A DNA stretch of 60,000 nt from Lama glama (taxonomy: Eukaryota): positions 3,846,001 through 3,906,000 of the forward strand of contig CM052818.1 of assembly GCA_028534125.1 (NCBI GenBank). The letters are read 5' to 3'. The stretch's first letter is position 1; each line of letters starts with the position of its first letter. Below, in pieces: positions 24,087 to 37,302 of this stretch. The notes under the pieces are model-generated. The model worked only from the letters and a program-made list of their open reading frames with translations, did not search any database and was not told where the DNA came from. Position numbers and translations under genes: made by a program.

Positions 24087-26389
24087 AAAACATCTTTTAT
24101 TAATATTTTTTTCCAGGAGTTTTGTTTGTTTGTTTTGTTTTGCTATGAAGTCTAATGTATCACCAGTCAAGATAATTGATTTTTTTGCAAATGATTACCT
24201 CTTGCATGCACAGAGAGATTAGCTCAAATCAATGTCGTATTTAGAAGCTTAAAGTTATTTGGAGCCTTTGATTTAAAACATCATATATCCTGGGACTTCT
24301 TGGCTGATCTCTTAACTCCTCTGCCACCTTCCTGGCCTCATAGGTTCTATATGAGAAGAAGCCATCCTAAGAGAGCTGTGTATGAAAGAAATGCCAGTCA
24401 CGATCTGGAAAGCCAGATTCTAATTAAAGTCTAGAAACCAAGGAAAACTAGGCAACACAATGTAGAAAATGTCCAGGAAGTATGAGATGCGAGCTGATGA
24501 CAGATAAACGAAGCTTACTGTACAAACAGTATAAATTTGATAGAAACCTCACAGCTGATTAGACGGGGTTCCTATGGCCAGGTACTGCCTGAATCCAGGA
24601 ATTTTACACTATAAAAGTTGAGAAAAGGTTAGTGCCAAGGGTGTTGATCTAGAATGTAGTACAAGAAATTTCCAAAGAAATAGGCTCTTTTTTTTTTTAT
24701 TTTGCTTTTTGCATTTGGAACTCAAATTTCAAATACTTTTTGGCCCCGCATCTTATCTCCCTTAAGGGGATTATTTAAAAAGCCAAATTCACCCATAATT
24801 CAAGTGGGAGTAGTGGCAGGAATTTTAACATTAGCTGATAAGGCCTAAATGATTTATATGGTAATTTAAAAGATTATGTGTAGTCTGCATTAGATGATGT
24901 GTTGGTCAGTGCAAAACTCAAGTGAGACAGTTAAAAAAAAAAAATCCATGCATTCAGAGGCTTGGAGGAGAAGCACCTGGTTTGCCTGGGTTATGGGCAA
25001 GGCGGTTCCAGCCACTGGCCACGTCTGTGGGATCTGAGCAGGACACATGGGGAACAGGGATGTGAGATCATGTTCACAGCGTGTTCAAGCTCATTGGCGC
25101 TGACACAGCCTTTGAGGAGGGCAGGAAAGAGGCCACATCTAGGGACCCAGAAATGTGCTATTTCAGCCAGTTCAGCATTCTCTTGGATTTTGTTTCCCAG
25201 TCTTTGGCAGAATATTAGTGTCCTTCCAGCTGTCAGTGTGTCAGCAGGTGTTTGGAAAGGACTGGTGACCTTCTAGAAGTTAGTATGTTAATGGGTGGGG
25301 GTAGGAAAGGCCAAGGAAGGGTTTCAGGGTCAAAGTAAGTTTAGATGGACATCGTTTGGAAATGCTGTTCCGATTGCTTGCATCAGCCAGGTTTGAGGAC
25401 CACAGGCCAGGAAATGTTAAGGAGAGGGGTAGATTCGCTTAGAGATGGTAAGAACATAAGGAAGCAACCTTAGAGACAATACGGTGCCAGTTCTCTAATT
25501 TTTCACAGGGGGAAATGAAGGTTAAAAGATCTGCCTTTAACTGATGGGGGAGCCCAGTTTTCTTTAATGACAGCTCGCCCCTTTCCGGCCCACCCAGAGG
25601 CAGGGGGATGGTGGTGGGCGGGTTCTGAGGCAAGTGGCCAGGGCAGCCCAGCAGGGATGAGGGAAGCTATGAGGACAAGGCGGAGATGAGAAGAGACTGG
25701 GGTCTAGGGCATGCGGTGCAGAGCTCAGGTGAGGGCATAGCTCTGCGGGCTAGTGGGAAGTAATCTTGTAAACTGCAGGGTGAGGCGTGTCCACACGGGA
25801 ATGGGTGGAGGCTGGAAAGGGATCCAGAAAGCACGATGGGTCTAGGCCCGAGAAGCTTGGCTAAGGAGCTGCGTGTGTTTTTCAGATTTCTACTAAATGA
25901 ACTGTAAATCCCTTTGGTTCTGTTAGGTTTGGTTGTCTGGCCTCCCAAATTACATGCTGTGCTTAAAGGCATGGAGGGCACCATATAAGACTTTATTTTT
26001 ATTTCAATTTCAAGTATATCAATTTTCTGATTAATTTTTGTCCGTTGCAATTTGTAACTGGAGATGTACAAGGGGCTTATTTGTCGAACTACCCTGGAAA
26101 TTCAACAGAAATTCAATAAAGTGGATTAAACACAATCCTTTAAATAATTCTTTAAAAACTATTCATAAGACACCTACAAGGCCATTTAAAACAAAAGGGA
26201 ACAGAATTTTGTTTCTACTGGGAGAAATTCTCAGTGCATGCACACAATCCTCTCCCAACAAACTGAATAAAAAATTTGCCATTAATGTGAACAGAAATAT
26301 AACAATCTGATTTCACCTAAATAGCATGGTTTCATCCGCTGGGTTGCAGAAGAATTGCACCTCTATAGCGGGATCTCGTTTGATTTTCT

Positions 26390-26570
26390 TTCTAGTTGTG
26401 GTGAAAAACACACAACCTAACCTTAACCATTTTTAAGTGTACAGTTCAGTAGTGTTAAGGATACTTACACTGCTATGCAATCAACCTCCAGAACTTCGTC
26501 ATCTGGCAAAATATGGCAAGAATTTTTTTTAACATTTTTTATTGAATTATAATCATTTTACAATGAAGAT
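26390..26570 (-). mobile_element. Old L1M 3' end plus a very short young L1 tail
   Basis: ttaaccatttttaagtgtacagttcagtagtgttaag, then tttttttaacattttttattgaattataatcattttacaatg. Confidence 0.7.
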
Positions 26571-26919
26571 TTTTTTTAATGTTCCAAATGTGATGGGTTT
26601 ATTTTATCTCACCCTGATGCATAGCATGATCTTTTGACTTGGGGTTCCTGATTTACCATTAACCTCCCAGTAAAATGGGCACATTTCTAGGATTTCTGTT
26701 AAGAAACTGATATAATGTCTTTTGTTATGTAATATTTGATACATATAAAACATTTGCATGTAACATACATGCAATTTATGAAACATAATAATAATAATCC
26801 AAACACCCGTGAAACTAACAGGCCATACAGTTCCATCAGTTTTGGGTTTCTTTTGCATCCATTCTCCTTCCTGCAAGATGGTTCAGCTCTTTAGTTTAGT
26901 TTGGAAAACATACAAATTA

Positions 26920-27480
26920 CATACTAGGCACTGTATTCCTTTTGGAGGTTATATTCTGTGACCAGTTTCTCCCTGCTCTGGAGGAGTTCAATAGTGAGAG
27001 AAACATATATGTGAATAAATCCTGGTGGAAAAGTTCCCCCATAGATACATGAAAAAAAGTGCTATGAAAACTAAGGGAGGTTGGAGCTAATTCTCTGCAG
27101 GTGGGGAAAAGGTCTATAGAAAACCACTGAGATGGAGTGATCAGTGAGGTGGGCTTTGAAGAAAGAGGAATTGGTGACAGAGTAGATAAAGAAGATGAAA
27201 CTATTTCTGTAAGTGGAAACAATTTAAGCAAAGAGATGACTACATGGTATGTTCAAGGAGCCCCAAAGAACAGAGCATGCCTGGAGATGGCCCTCCTTCC
27301 ATTTAGCTACTGAACGAACTTTGAGATTTACTAACAGTTTTGAGCCAGGCACTGTGTTATGCTCTAGAGACTCAGAGCCCTGGCTTCCAACAGGGGGAGA
27401 TTGACAAGCAAACAATCCATTATAACAGCATGATCAGTGCTGTGAAGGAAGCCGGCATGGGGTGTTGAGGGAGTCCACGC
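26920..27480. mobile_element. L2 remnants
   Basis: ctaggcactgt...ccctgctctggaggagttca and gccaggcactgtgttatgctctagaga motifs. Confidence 0.6.
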
Positions 27481-28194
27481 ACAGGGAGGAGGAGGTAAGA
27501 GGTGGGGCTGGAGGGGCGGGTTGTAACCAGGTTGAGAAAGGTCTGCACATGCCATGTCCAGGAATTTAAAGTCTATCCTAGAGACACTGAGCAGTCAAGA
27601 GGATCTGGGACAAGGAAGTGAGTGGGACAGTAACTGGATAACGTTTTCAAGGAAAAAAACCTAGCGAAGCGTTCAGGATCGTCTTTTACAAGGATGCCCT
27701 CTGCTTGTCCCAGACAGTGGTGAGGAATGCTGTCACACGGGGGAGAGAAACCTCCTGCCTTCTCTGAACAGGATCCTGGGGTGGCGGGGGGTGTGGGGGT
27801 GTGGCATGTGCCCTCTTTCCTGCGTACTCCCTTCAGAAAACATGTAACTTTATCCTGTCTCCTTCCAAACATCATCACTCGTGAAGGGAGCCAGTGATCA
27901 GCAAGTAATCTGGGGGGCACACCAAGAATCAGAGCCCCAGCTGGCTTTCCAGAAATAGGTGTGAGGGCAGTTTTTACGGACTTCAGAAACAAGACGATCT
28001 ATCTCCAGATCTTCTCTTATAAAGAAATCCCCTGGGACTTACAAAATCAGACCACATTAAGACATTCTGTCTGCTTTCCAAAGCAACATAGACTTAACCA
28101 GATACAATCATTGAAAAATATTTTGAATACTGCAAAACAATCTGGCTTGTGTGATCTTGCTTTCAATAATGAAAGATACTAAGACACATTTTCC

Positions 28195-29080
28195 TGGAAA
28201 TTAAAACCACAATGAGGTATCACTTCATGTCTGTTAGAATGGCTATCATCAAAAAGACAAGGACTAACAAGTGTTGACGAGAATCCTTGTGCACCATTGA
28301 TGGGACTGTAAACTGGTGCAGCCACTGTGGAAAACAGTATGGAGGTTCCTCAAAAAATTAAAAATAGAACTACCATATCATCCAGCACTTCCACTCCTGG
28401 GTATATATTCAAAGGAAACAAAATCACTATCCTGAAGAGACATCAGTACCTTCATGTTCATTGCAACATTATTTACAAGAGCCAAGACGTGGAAACAACC
28501 TAAGGGTCCAGAGACAGATGAATGGGTAAAGAAGATGGATACATGTACGATGGAGTACTATTCAGCCATAAAAAGAAGGAAGTCCTGCCCTTTGCAACAA
28601 CATGGATATAGACCTTGAGGGCATATGCTAAGTGAAATAAGTCAGGCAGAGAAAGACAAATACTGTATGACCTCACTTACACGTGGAATCTAAAAGAACT
28701 AAATTCATAGAAACAGAGATCAGATTTGTGGCTGCCAGAAAGAATGGGGGTTGGGGTACAGGGTTGGGGGGTAGGGGAATTGGGTGAAGGTGGTCAAAAT
28801 GTACAAACTTCCAGTCATAAATGAGTTTGGGGGTGTAATGTGCAGCATGATAACTATAGTTAAGAATACTCTATTGTACATTTGATAGTTGCAAAGCAAG
28901 TAAATCTTAAAAGTTCTCATCATAAGGAAAAAATTTTGTAACTATGTGGGATGATGGACGTTAACTAAACTTATCATGATAAACTTTTTGCAATATATAC
29001 GTGCATCAAATATTTAAGTTGTATACCTTAAATTTATAAAATGCTATATATAAATTATATCTCTGTAAAACTGGAAAAAA
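28195..29080 (+). mobile_element. L1MA-type 3' end (end of ORF2 plus 3'UTR)
   Basis: aaaaccacaatgaggtatcac...gcagccactgtggaaaacagtatggaggttcctcaaaaaattaaaaatagaactacc. A-tail and imperfect TSD aagaca(ca)ttt. Confidence 0.92.
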
Positions 29081-30598
29081 AAGACATTTCCCACCAACAT
29101 AAATTAAATGCCACACAATACAGTTATTTATATATTCCCATGATAGTAAGTATTTAAAAATATTAATAATACAAGGAAAACTGTTCAAAGTTCCAAATAT
29201 AAATATATATTTTCCTTTAATTTTCGCCATCTACTTATGAGGTCAGAGCTCTTATTGTTCGGGGCACAGACAGGTTAAGTAACTTGCCCAAGATCACACA
29301 GGTAGGGAGTGGTAGAGTACTTCTTGGCTGTTCTGTTGTTCCTAGCTGTCCCCACTCGGAGGTAACTATTTTTTAATAATCAAAGGGACTAAGTGAACAA
29401 AGGGTAGAAGCCTTGGTGTTCATTTCAGGCTGCCACCATCACCACTCCCAGCCACCCCCTTCTTTAAGAGCTCACTGCAAGATTTTCTCCCCCCAGAACT
29501 CCAGACTTGAAAATATGCTTGCTGTTAAAATCACCATAGAAAGCACTCTGGCTGACTCACAGTTTTCTAGTTTTTTTGTTTTTGTTTTTTACCTTCAAAA
29601 TAAAATGGTTGTGCAGGCCTAACTATTTAACATTTAACTCTTGGGGCTGCCATGGTTAAGATGCTGCTTAATATTTTGGTGAAATTACTCCAGCCTGGAT
29701 TGCAGTAATTAACCCGAGACTTGCACCTGCCCGGGCTCCCTCCTGCACACAAATCCTTACGTACTACAGGTCATCTCTTTCTCTTGATATCAGAGGCTTC
29801 TGCTGGTGCAAAAACCTCTTTCTTTCTGGAAACCCTTGCCCCATGAATCTACGTCCTGGCTGAGTTTCTCATTTCATTCATTTACAATCTCTTTGAAATG
29901 TCATTTGAAGCCACTTCCCCCAGTCTAGTGCCCTAGGGGTCTCTGGTTTCCGTTCAGCTCAGTTTCAGGCACAGATGTGAGTCCAACTGCACTGTGTCCT
30001 AAATGCTGGAGTCCCAGAGACAGAGTGAAGACAAGCTCTGGCCTGAAGAGGGTCACCTTCTATTCTGCCCTGCTGGGCCTGCCGTGGAAGAACTGAGATG
30101 CAGGGAGTGGAAGATGCCATGGCCAGGGAGCAGCGCTCAGCTCAAGTGTGCCTGGCTTTACAGCGCATGCTCTGATTGTGCGTGAAGGCAGGACACATGC
30201 TAGAACGAGACGTGTGAGAGCTAAAGCTTTTTCTTCGTTTGGATATTACTTTGGGCTTTACCTGGCCTGGAGGCTAGGGAATAGAAACTGATAGACGGCC
30301 ACATATCCTTTGGATGAGGCAGGTGATGGCGGGTTATTCCAGGCCCTGCTCTATTTGGGAAAACACTGGCCAGAGCTATGTGCTGGGTCCAGGGGACAGT
30401 GATGGGGAGGAGGTTCTTACTGATCTTGTGCTGGGCACTCATAGGTGCATCCTTTGAATGTTAACTAAAAAGTAATAGCATAAAGGTAGGTGCCACTCTT
30501 TATTGTTAAAAAGAGGCTCAAGGCACCTTCTCTGACAGGCTAACTAGTGGCTAAGACCAAGGTGGCTTGGGAAGAGTATCGGCTGGTGCAACTCAACA

Positions 30599-30599
30599 A

Positions 30600-30630
<31 letters not shown>

Positions 30631-30650
30631 CATGCGTGCGTGCATGAGCA
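30599..30650. repeat. (TG)n / purine-pyrimidine alternating tract
   Basis: gtgtgtgtgtgtgtgtgtgtgcgcgcgtgtgcatgcgtgcgtgcatg. Confidence 0.9.
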
Positions 30651-30951
30651 TGTACCAAACACACATACATGCATATTTATTACATGTCAAGTCATACTCA
30701 TCATTTACAGAACTCTGCTGATTGCTCCTAAGCACTGAGCCCAGAGCTGTCTCTCCGTGGCTCTGCCCAAAGGGTGTGTCACTGGCAATGTCTCTCCCTC
30801 ACCCATACTGACTCTTAATGACTCATGGTTTTCTTGAACATGTTAGTTTGGGCCAATTTTGTGTAAATCGTAAAAAAAAAATGCTAGATTTATTCTTAGT
30901 TATTTACCCAGTTCCTTGTCGCCCTCTCCATACACGGTCCTGTTAACCTTA

Positions 30952-31134
<183 letters not shown>

Positions 31135-32407
31135 TCAGCAGTGGGGCCGGCCACGTGTGCAATCGGCAAGCGAGCTTGGGTGGGGTAGGGCAACACCCGT
31201 GGTCTCCCCATCCTGCCACTCCCATCTCCAACATGCAGACTGAAGGCCTGGAGGAGAGCATGGTTTGCCAAGCAATGGCTGAAACTCTGCCCAGCCTTCT
31301 GGGCAACAGGCTGTATGTTGCCAATTTTCATGAGAAATGGATTCGTCTTTTCAGTGAGGCCCTGCTCCTCTCTTTGAATGACACTCTGAAGGACAGAGCA
31401 GGCAGCTGCCCATGCATCTGGGCATTGGGATGGCCTACCACTGCCCATCTGCCTCTGGGCCATCACCCCCTGCTCGGGGACAGCCTCCTCCTTGGATCTG
31501 CTGTTCCTCCTCACCACCCGGGTGGACTCGGGACAATTCTCAAACTTCAGCCTGCTCCTCCGAAACCTGTTCACACAGGTGTAGGTCACAGATTCGTGAG
31601 GCAAAGTCTAAAGTCCACTGATAGGATGTGAAAAGGCAGAGGGATTCCAGGCAGGGGAGGGCGGAGCAGCTGCTGCTGAACCTGGGAGGGGAGGGTGCGG
31701 TGGCTGAGTCAGCACCACTGTCAGGTCATGTGAGGCGAGCACCCAGGACCAGGGATGCCCACTTCCAAACGTGCCTCGGCCAGTCCCGAAAACAGACAAT
31801 GTTGCCGCAGCCTGAGATGCTTGTTAACTGTTAGCATCAGAGATCCCACTCGGTTTCAGTATTCTGGGGCTGCTGGTCCAAGGGAGCAGATTTAAGGCTC
31901 CATCACCACCCCTCCTTCCCAGCTACTGAGGGTGCAGACAGGTTAACCTTTGGAGATGGGGCAAGGGGCAAGTTGTCACAGATATTAACTGTCATAGGTA
32001 CCCCTTCTGAACAAAGCTGGCAATTCCACTTTTATCCACCCCCCCAAAATCAGGTATGTTTGAACGGATGGTGATGATGATGACAATAATAATAATAATG
32101 GAAAACAACCTAAACGTTTAGCAATTAGAGAATGTCTAATAATATAGAGCTACCACACAATTATTCTGGAGACATTATGTTTTCAAATACTATTTAAATG
32201 ACCTGAGAAAACATCCCTGATAGGAGTGGACTTACGTATGTATGTCAAGAGTGAAAGACTGAGGGATATTTACTAAAATATTAGTGGTGGTTTTGTTGGT
32301 AGTGGGTTGATGGTCATTTTAAATTTCATTTTGTCTTTTCTTTTTCTTTGCTTGACATTGCATAATGAGAAAATAAACTACTGAAGTTGTATTTTAAAAA
32401 TCTGCAC

Positions 32408-32859
32408 CCAGACATAGAATACAAACTTGTGGTCACCAAGGGGGCGGAGGAGGGGAAGGGATAGGCTGGGGTTTCAAAATTGTAGAACAGATAAACAAGA
32501 TTATACTGTATAGCACAGGGAAATATACACAAGATCTTATGGTAGCTCACAGAGAAAAAATGTGACAATGAGCATATATATATTCATGTATAACTGAGAA
32601 ATTGTGCTTTACACTGGAATTTGACACAACATTGTAAAATGATTATAAATCAATAAAAAATGTTAAAAAAAACCCTGCAGATGCTAACTACTATATGTAA
32701 AGCAGATAAACAACAAAGTCCTCCTGTATAGCACAGGGAACTGTATTCAATGGCTTGTAATGGTCTATAATGAAAAAAACATGAAAAGGAATATATATAC
32801 GTAAAAATGAATCACTGTGCTGTACAACACTGTAAATTGACTATACTTCAATAAAAAAT
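32408..32859 (+). mobile_element. Two tandem L1 3'-end fragments (about 32408-32672 and 32678-32859)
   Basis: Two copies of ctgtatagcacaggga, each ending caataaaaaa. Outer direct repeat aaatctgcac at 32398-32407 and 32860-32869. Confidence 0.88.
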
Positions 32860-34519
32860 AAATCTGCACTTGGGGCTCCTCCCTGTGGTGTCAGAGCGCC
32901 CATGGTCCTGGGGCTCTTGCCCAGGATCATGGACCTTTGGGATACACACATGGGCTCAAGAGGATGGAAGGTGTGAGCCTCTTGAAATGACACTCACCAT
33001 CTTCAGGGTATGTGCCTTTAGGGCAGACTGTTCACAGCATGGTCAGATGCTCAAAGCTGCTCCCTCCCCTCCCTTTACAGAGGGGGAGTTTGGATGGCCT
33101 GTCCAGGGTTACAGGGCAGGCTAATGGCAGGGCTGGGGCGTGACTCACTCCCACTCCCAGTGCTCAGCGGGAGCTACTGGAAGCTGTTGAAAGGCAGCTC
33201 TTACTCCCTGGAATGTCTTTGACCCAAAAGCCAGGGAGCTAACCGCCCAGCCCCCACCCAGCCAAGGCTTGGGAATGCTGGATTGCCCCCGAGGGAGCTG
33301 TAGCCTCACAAGTGCAGGTGCAGGGCTGGGCAGTGGGTGGGGAGAGGGCACAGGGGCCAGAGGATGGACGTGGCCGTGGCAGAGAGGATGCTTTCAGACC
33401 CACGACACTTACGCATGAGCTACGGCAGAGAGTGATGCTCTCAGTGAGAACACAAAGAAAGCACGTGTGTTTTCCAAACCTCCGGTTAGTGAGGGACAGC
33501 CCTCTTGATCTTTCAGTCTCTACGTTTCATGCCCATAAAATGGAGATACTAAACCTCAGCTGCCTCATTGCATGGATATGAGGAGAAAATGATCTGTAAG
33601 TCGTAAGCAGGCATGGCTGGGCCACCGGGATGGAAGCTACCATGTCAGATGCCAAGCTGCAACTCACCCTCCTTCTGTTTCCGCACGACAGAAGTCACGG
33701 TGGCTGTTTCAGATCATAAATCTGTTTGCACTTGGAATAACAGGTGGTTTGCAAGGCTTATAAAACAGTGGTCTCTCAGTATTAAGTGATAATTTTGTAA
33801 AGACTACAGACTACCTTTCTCCACGTTACACACCATCTCCCCTTTCACTTTAGAGAGAGAGGAACTGAAGCAGGGAAATTTTTAAATTTCCTTCTGGGAA
33901 AAAGAGGTTTCCTGTGAAGCAGAGGAAGAAGGACCTGACCCACAAGGGGAGAGCAGAGGCCCTGGGAGAAGATTTCCTGGATTCAGACAAAGCCACGTCT
34001 GGCCTTTCTGTGGCCAGGCGTGGTCTGCCGTCCCAGTCCTCCCCGCCACGGTGGAGGGCAGCGTGGGACTCAGGCAGGTGCAGGGGGGTGGGGAGGGCGT
34101 TGCAGGGGTGGAAACGCGGCAGGGCAGGAGGTCTTGGAGGAACTAACTCCTATTCTGGAGACAGCCCCCAATTAAGCCCCCAAATCCACTGGCTGGTTTT
34201 CAAGATCTTCCAGCAACTATTACATACCATTACCCAGGGCAAAGGAGTCACTGTCAAAGAGCATGACTTTTGATGAACTTAGACCTGAAACTAATGTTTT
34301 ACTAGGAGGTAACACTTGCTGCCACCTTGGAGGTTCCTTCATGGATTCATTCAGCAGAAGTTTACTGAGGGTCTGTCCTGTGCCCGCCGAGCCGACCTCA
34401 GGGATGAGGATGGATCAGGCAGAAGCCAGGTGCTCACGGTCGGCTGAGGGAGATGTTTCAACCATTACCCACACACAGGGGGCTGTGCATTATTCAACAG
34501 CTGTATACACAGCACCTTT

Positions 34520-34772
34520 TAATTCATTACTTAATTTTTTGGATGGCTTTACTTTTAGTTTATTTAAAATTTAAAATAATTTTTATAGTTTTTTAAAGCT
34601 TACTTTCCATTTACAGTTATTACAAAATATTGGCTATATTCCCCGTGTTGTGTAAGACGTCCTTGAGCCTATCTTGCACCCCACATTTGGTACCCCACAC
34701 TCTGCCATCCTTATATCCCCCCATCCCTCCTCTGTAACCACTAGTTTGTTCTCTGTACCCATGAGTCTCATG
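34520..34772 (-). mobile_element. L1 3'-end fragment
   Basis: acagttattacaaaatattggctatattccccgtgttgt. TSD cagcaccttt at 34510 and 34773. Confidence 0.85.
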
Positions 34773-34879
34773 CAGCACCTTTCATGTGCCAGACAGTAAA
34801 CAAAATAGTTCCGATTCTTAAAGAGCTTAGTTTCTGGTGCGATGATGATAATGTTAATGATGATAATAATATTTGTTAT

Positions 34880-35100
34880 TACTAGCTGATGCTGACTGAG
34901 TGCTTACTATGTTAACATGCTTTCCCTCTGTTAGTTCACTCAATTCTCGTTAACATCTGTATGAATTTAATACTATTTCCACCCCCATCTTACAGAGAAA
35001 ACTACCGAGGCAAGGACAGGGGAAGAAACTTGCCCAAGGTCACAGGGAGAAACCAGAATTGAAACCTGGCCCGTTTGGTTCCAGAGGTCACAGGTTCAAC
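34880..35100 (-). mobile_element. MIR
   Basis: ctgagtgcttactatg...ccccatcttacagagaaaact...aacttgcccaaggtcacag. Confidence 0.8.
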
Positions 35101-36134
35101 CAGCAGGACACTGCTCTCAGCTAAGAACCCAGTGCCTGGAGCTAGCACGTCAGAGAGGAGGGGACAGTGGGACGGACACCTCATGTGAGGACGGCCCTGT
35201 GGTACCTGCTGAAGCTGTATCAGTGTGGAGCAGAGAAGTGCATCACACCCATACGGTTTAGCAAACAGTTTTCGCTTCATTCACGAAATGAGTTCAGTTA
35301 CTCTAAACGAATCCTTTTGCAACTTCATCAAGTCCCAAGATGCAGAGCCCCCTTGAGTGCCAAGCCTTTGCCACTGGCTGGGAGACATGCGGAATGTTCC
35401 AGAGCCCACACTGTGTAGCCTGGTGGCCCAGAACCCGGCTCCATCCTCCTGCTCTGGTGCAAACTGCCTTGGCTCCCACCCGCCCTCCTGTGCACCATCT
35501 CGCAGGCTGCTGGCACACACTGTGCTGCCCGCTGCCTGTTTCCAGAAGCTTCTTTCTGGAATGGAGCCCAGAAAGGCCATGGGCTGACCACTGCTCTCAG
35601 CCTGACTCAAGACAAGTGTGTGGGCTTGGCCTCTGCTCCCCCCTTGGCTAGGGCAAAGGGTGGCCAGGACAGGAAGGGCTCCTGGGCCCACATGGCCACC
35701 ACCATGGGGCTGAATGGGGCCACTGAAGTCAGTGACTAAATGTGCCTGGCCAGCCCCTGTCTTGGGTGGCCAGCTGGCAGGGGGCAAGGTGGCTTCTGAG
35801 AACTCACAAGTTCAGCTGGAGCCAGCTTCCAGGCCTCTGATGGTCCTCACAGGGGAGGGGGAGCCTGAAGTAGGGACCTGCTGGGACCTGATTTTATGAC
35901 ACATAGTGAAAGCAAATAATGACTGGCCCAGCAAACTCTGCCTCTGACACCTGCGCTTGCTGGGCAGCCCCTGCAGGTAACTCTCCAGAACTTCGAAAGA
36001 GACTTCAGAGATGGGGGAAAAAAAAAAAAGCAGATCCACAGCCAAAGATTGAGTCCAAAGATTGTTATTTTCCTGACAGCCCAAATACCAAGGCAAGTTA
36101 AATTCTCATTTTATGTAAAAAGTAAAAACGAAGT

Positions 36135-37302
36135 TTAAAAAATCAACATGGCCCTTTTATTTAAAATATTTTTGGCAGGAGGTGGGGAGCTCTGGGGTGT
36201 ATCTGAAAGGAATCAGCCCAAGGTGGGTGCATCTTCCAGCTGGGGGGTGGGGACCAACCATTTTTCTCAATGAGTAGTTTTATGCCTTTTCTCCTGTGAA
36301 CGCTGAGGTGTAATCTGCTCACAGACCCCCACCCCCAGCCCGGGGAGCAAGCAGACAGGGAGCATTAATTACGAGGGCAGTAGGCTCAGCCTGCTCCTTT
36401 CTCCGGGAATTCCTCCTTACGATAAACGTCCCTGAAGGCTGCCTGGCTTGAAAGGCAAATCCCTGCATCACGGGTTTTTAAAAATTCCTTTGTTCCCAGC
36501 TCATCCAATGAGGGCAACTCTTTTAAGACAAGGAGACATTGTTTTGAAGGGTATAGGTTTGGAAACTTGGATAATGAAAGCATCCCGTCCATGGTAGGTT
36601 TCTAGGTAATTTTGGATTTTGGACGCCCGGCAGTGGGGTGAGGGATCTTGTGTGACTGGAGGGAGGCAGACCTCCCTCTGGGAAAACAGAGCATCAGGGA
36701 TCACTGCTCCTTTCTCTCCCGTTTTGAGGGTTGTCAGGGTCAAAGGAGGAGGGGAACATTGAAAGGAATTAGTGGGAGACTGAGGGAAGCTTAACTTACA
36801 GCAACTTGGTGTGTGGGGGGTGGTAGGGATAGCTCAGAGGTAGAGCGCATGCTTAGCATACACTAGGTCTTGGGTTCAAGCCCCAGTACCACCATTAAAA
36901 AAAAATAAAACAAACAACCAAAACAAAAAACACCAATTCAGTGGAATCCCCCATCCCATGCTGGGTTTGGACGGGATTCTGCCTGACCCCCAGACATGGG
37001 GTTATAACGTAGCCGATGAAGTGTCTTGTGTTTGCCTGGAAAACTGTCTCAGCTAAAAAGGGCGCGTTCTTCCCTACTCCTGAGCATCTTTCCGTGTTGA
37101 GGGCACCCTGCGTACAGCTCTGGGCCTTATTCCCCCTTTACCCATTCAGTAAACAGGACCAGGGCACAGCGAACGCGGGCCTCTGCCCTCCCCTTCCTCT
37201 CCGAGAGCCTGCTGCCCGCCGGGAGCACAGCCTGTCCTCTACTGCTCCGTGCAGGCTGGTTTCGTGGGGGGGGTCTGATGCTTGTACAATCTGGGGAGGC
37301 TT
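36135..37302 (-). other. ANTXR1: Candidate alternative terminal exon, counterpart of the human soluble ANTXR1 isoform-3 last exon
   Basis: Minus strand reads T-tract-CTTAAAG|AAG CCT CCC CAG..., in frame with exon 12, to TAA at 37140-37138. AATAAA at 36161-36156. Several blocks resemble my recollection of the human variant-3 3' end. Confidence 0.5.
36822..36930 (+). mobile_element. Camelid SINE (Vic-1 type)
   Basis: tagctcagaggtagagcgcatgcttagcat...gggttcaagccccagtacc plus A-rich tail. Confidence 0.9.

Noticed and set aside
35281..35787. Cluster of overlapping ORFs up to 168 aa
   Set aside because: GC-rich intronic sequence with few stop codons, no recognisable protein and no convincing splice structure.
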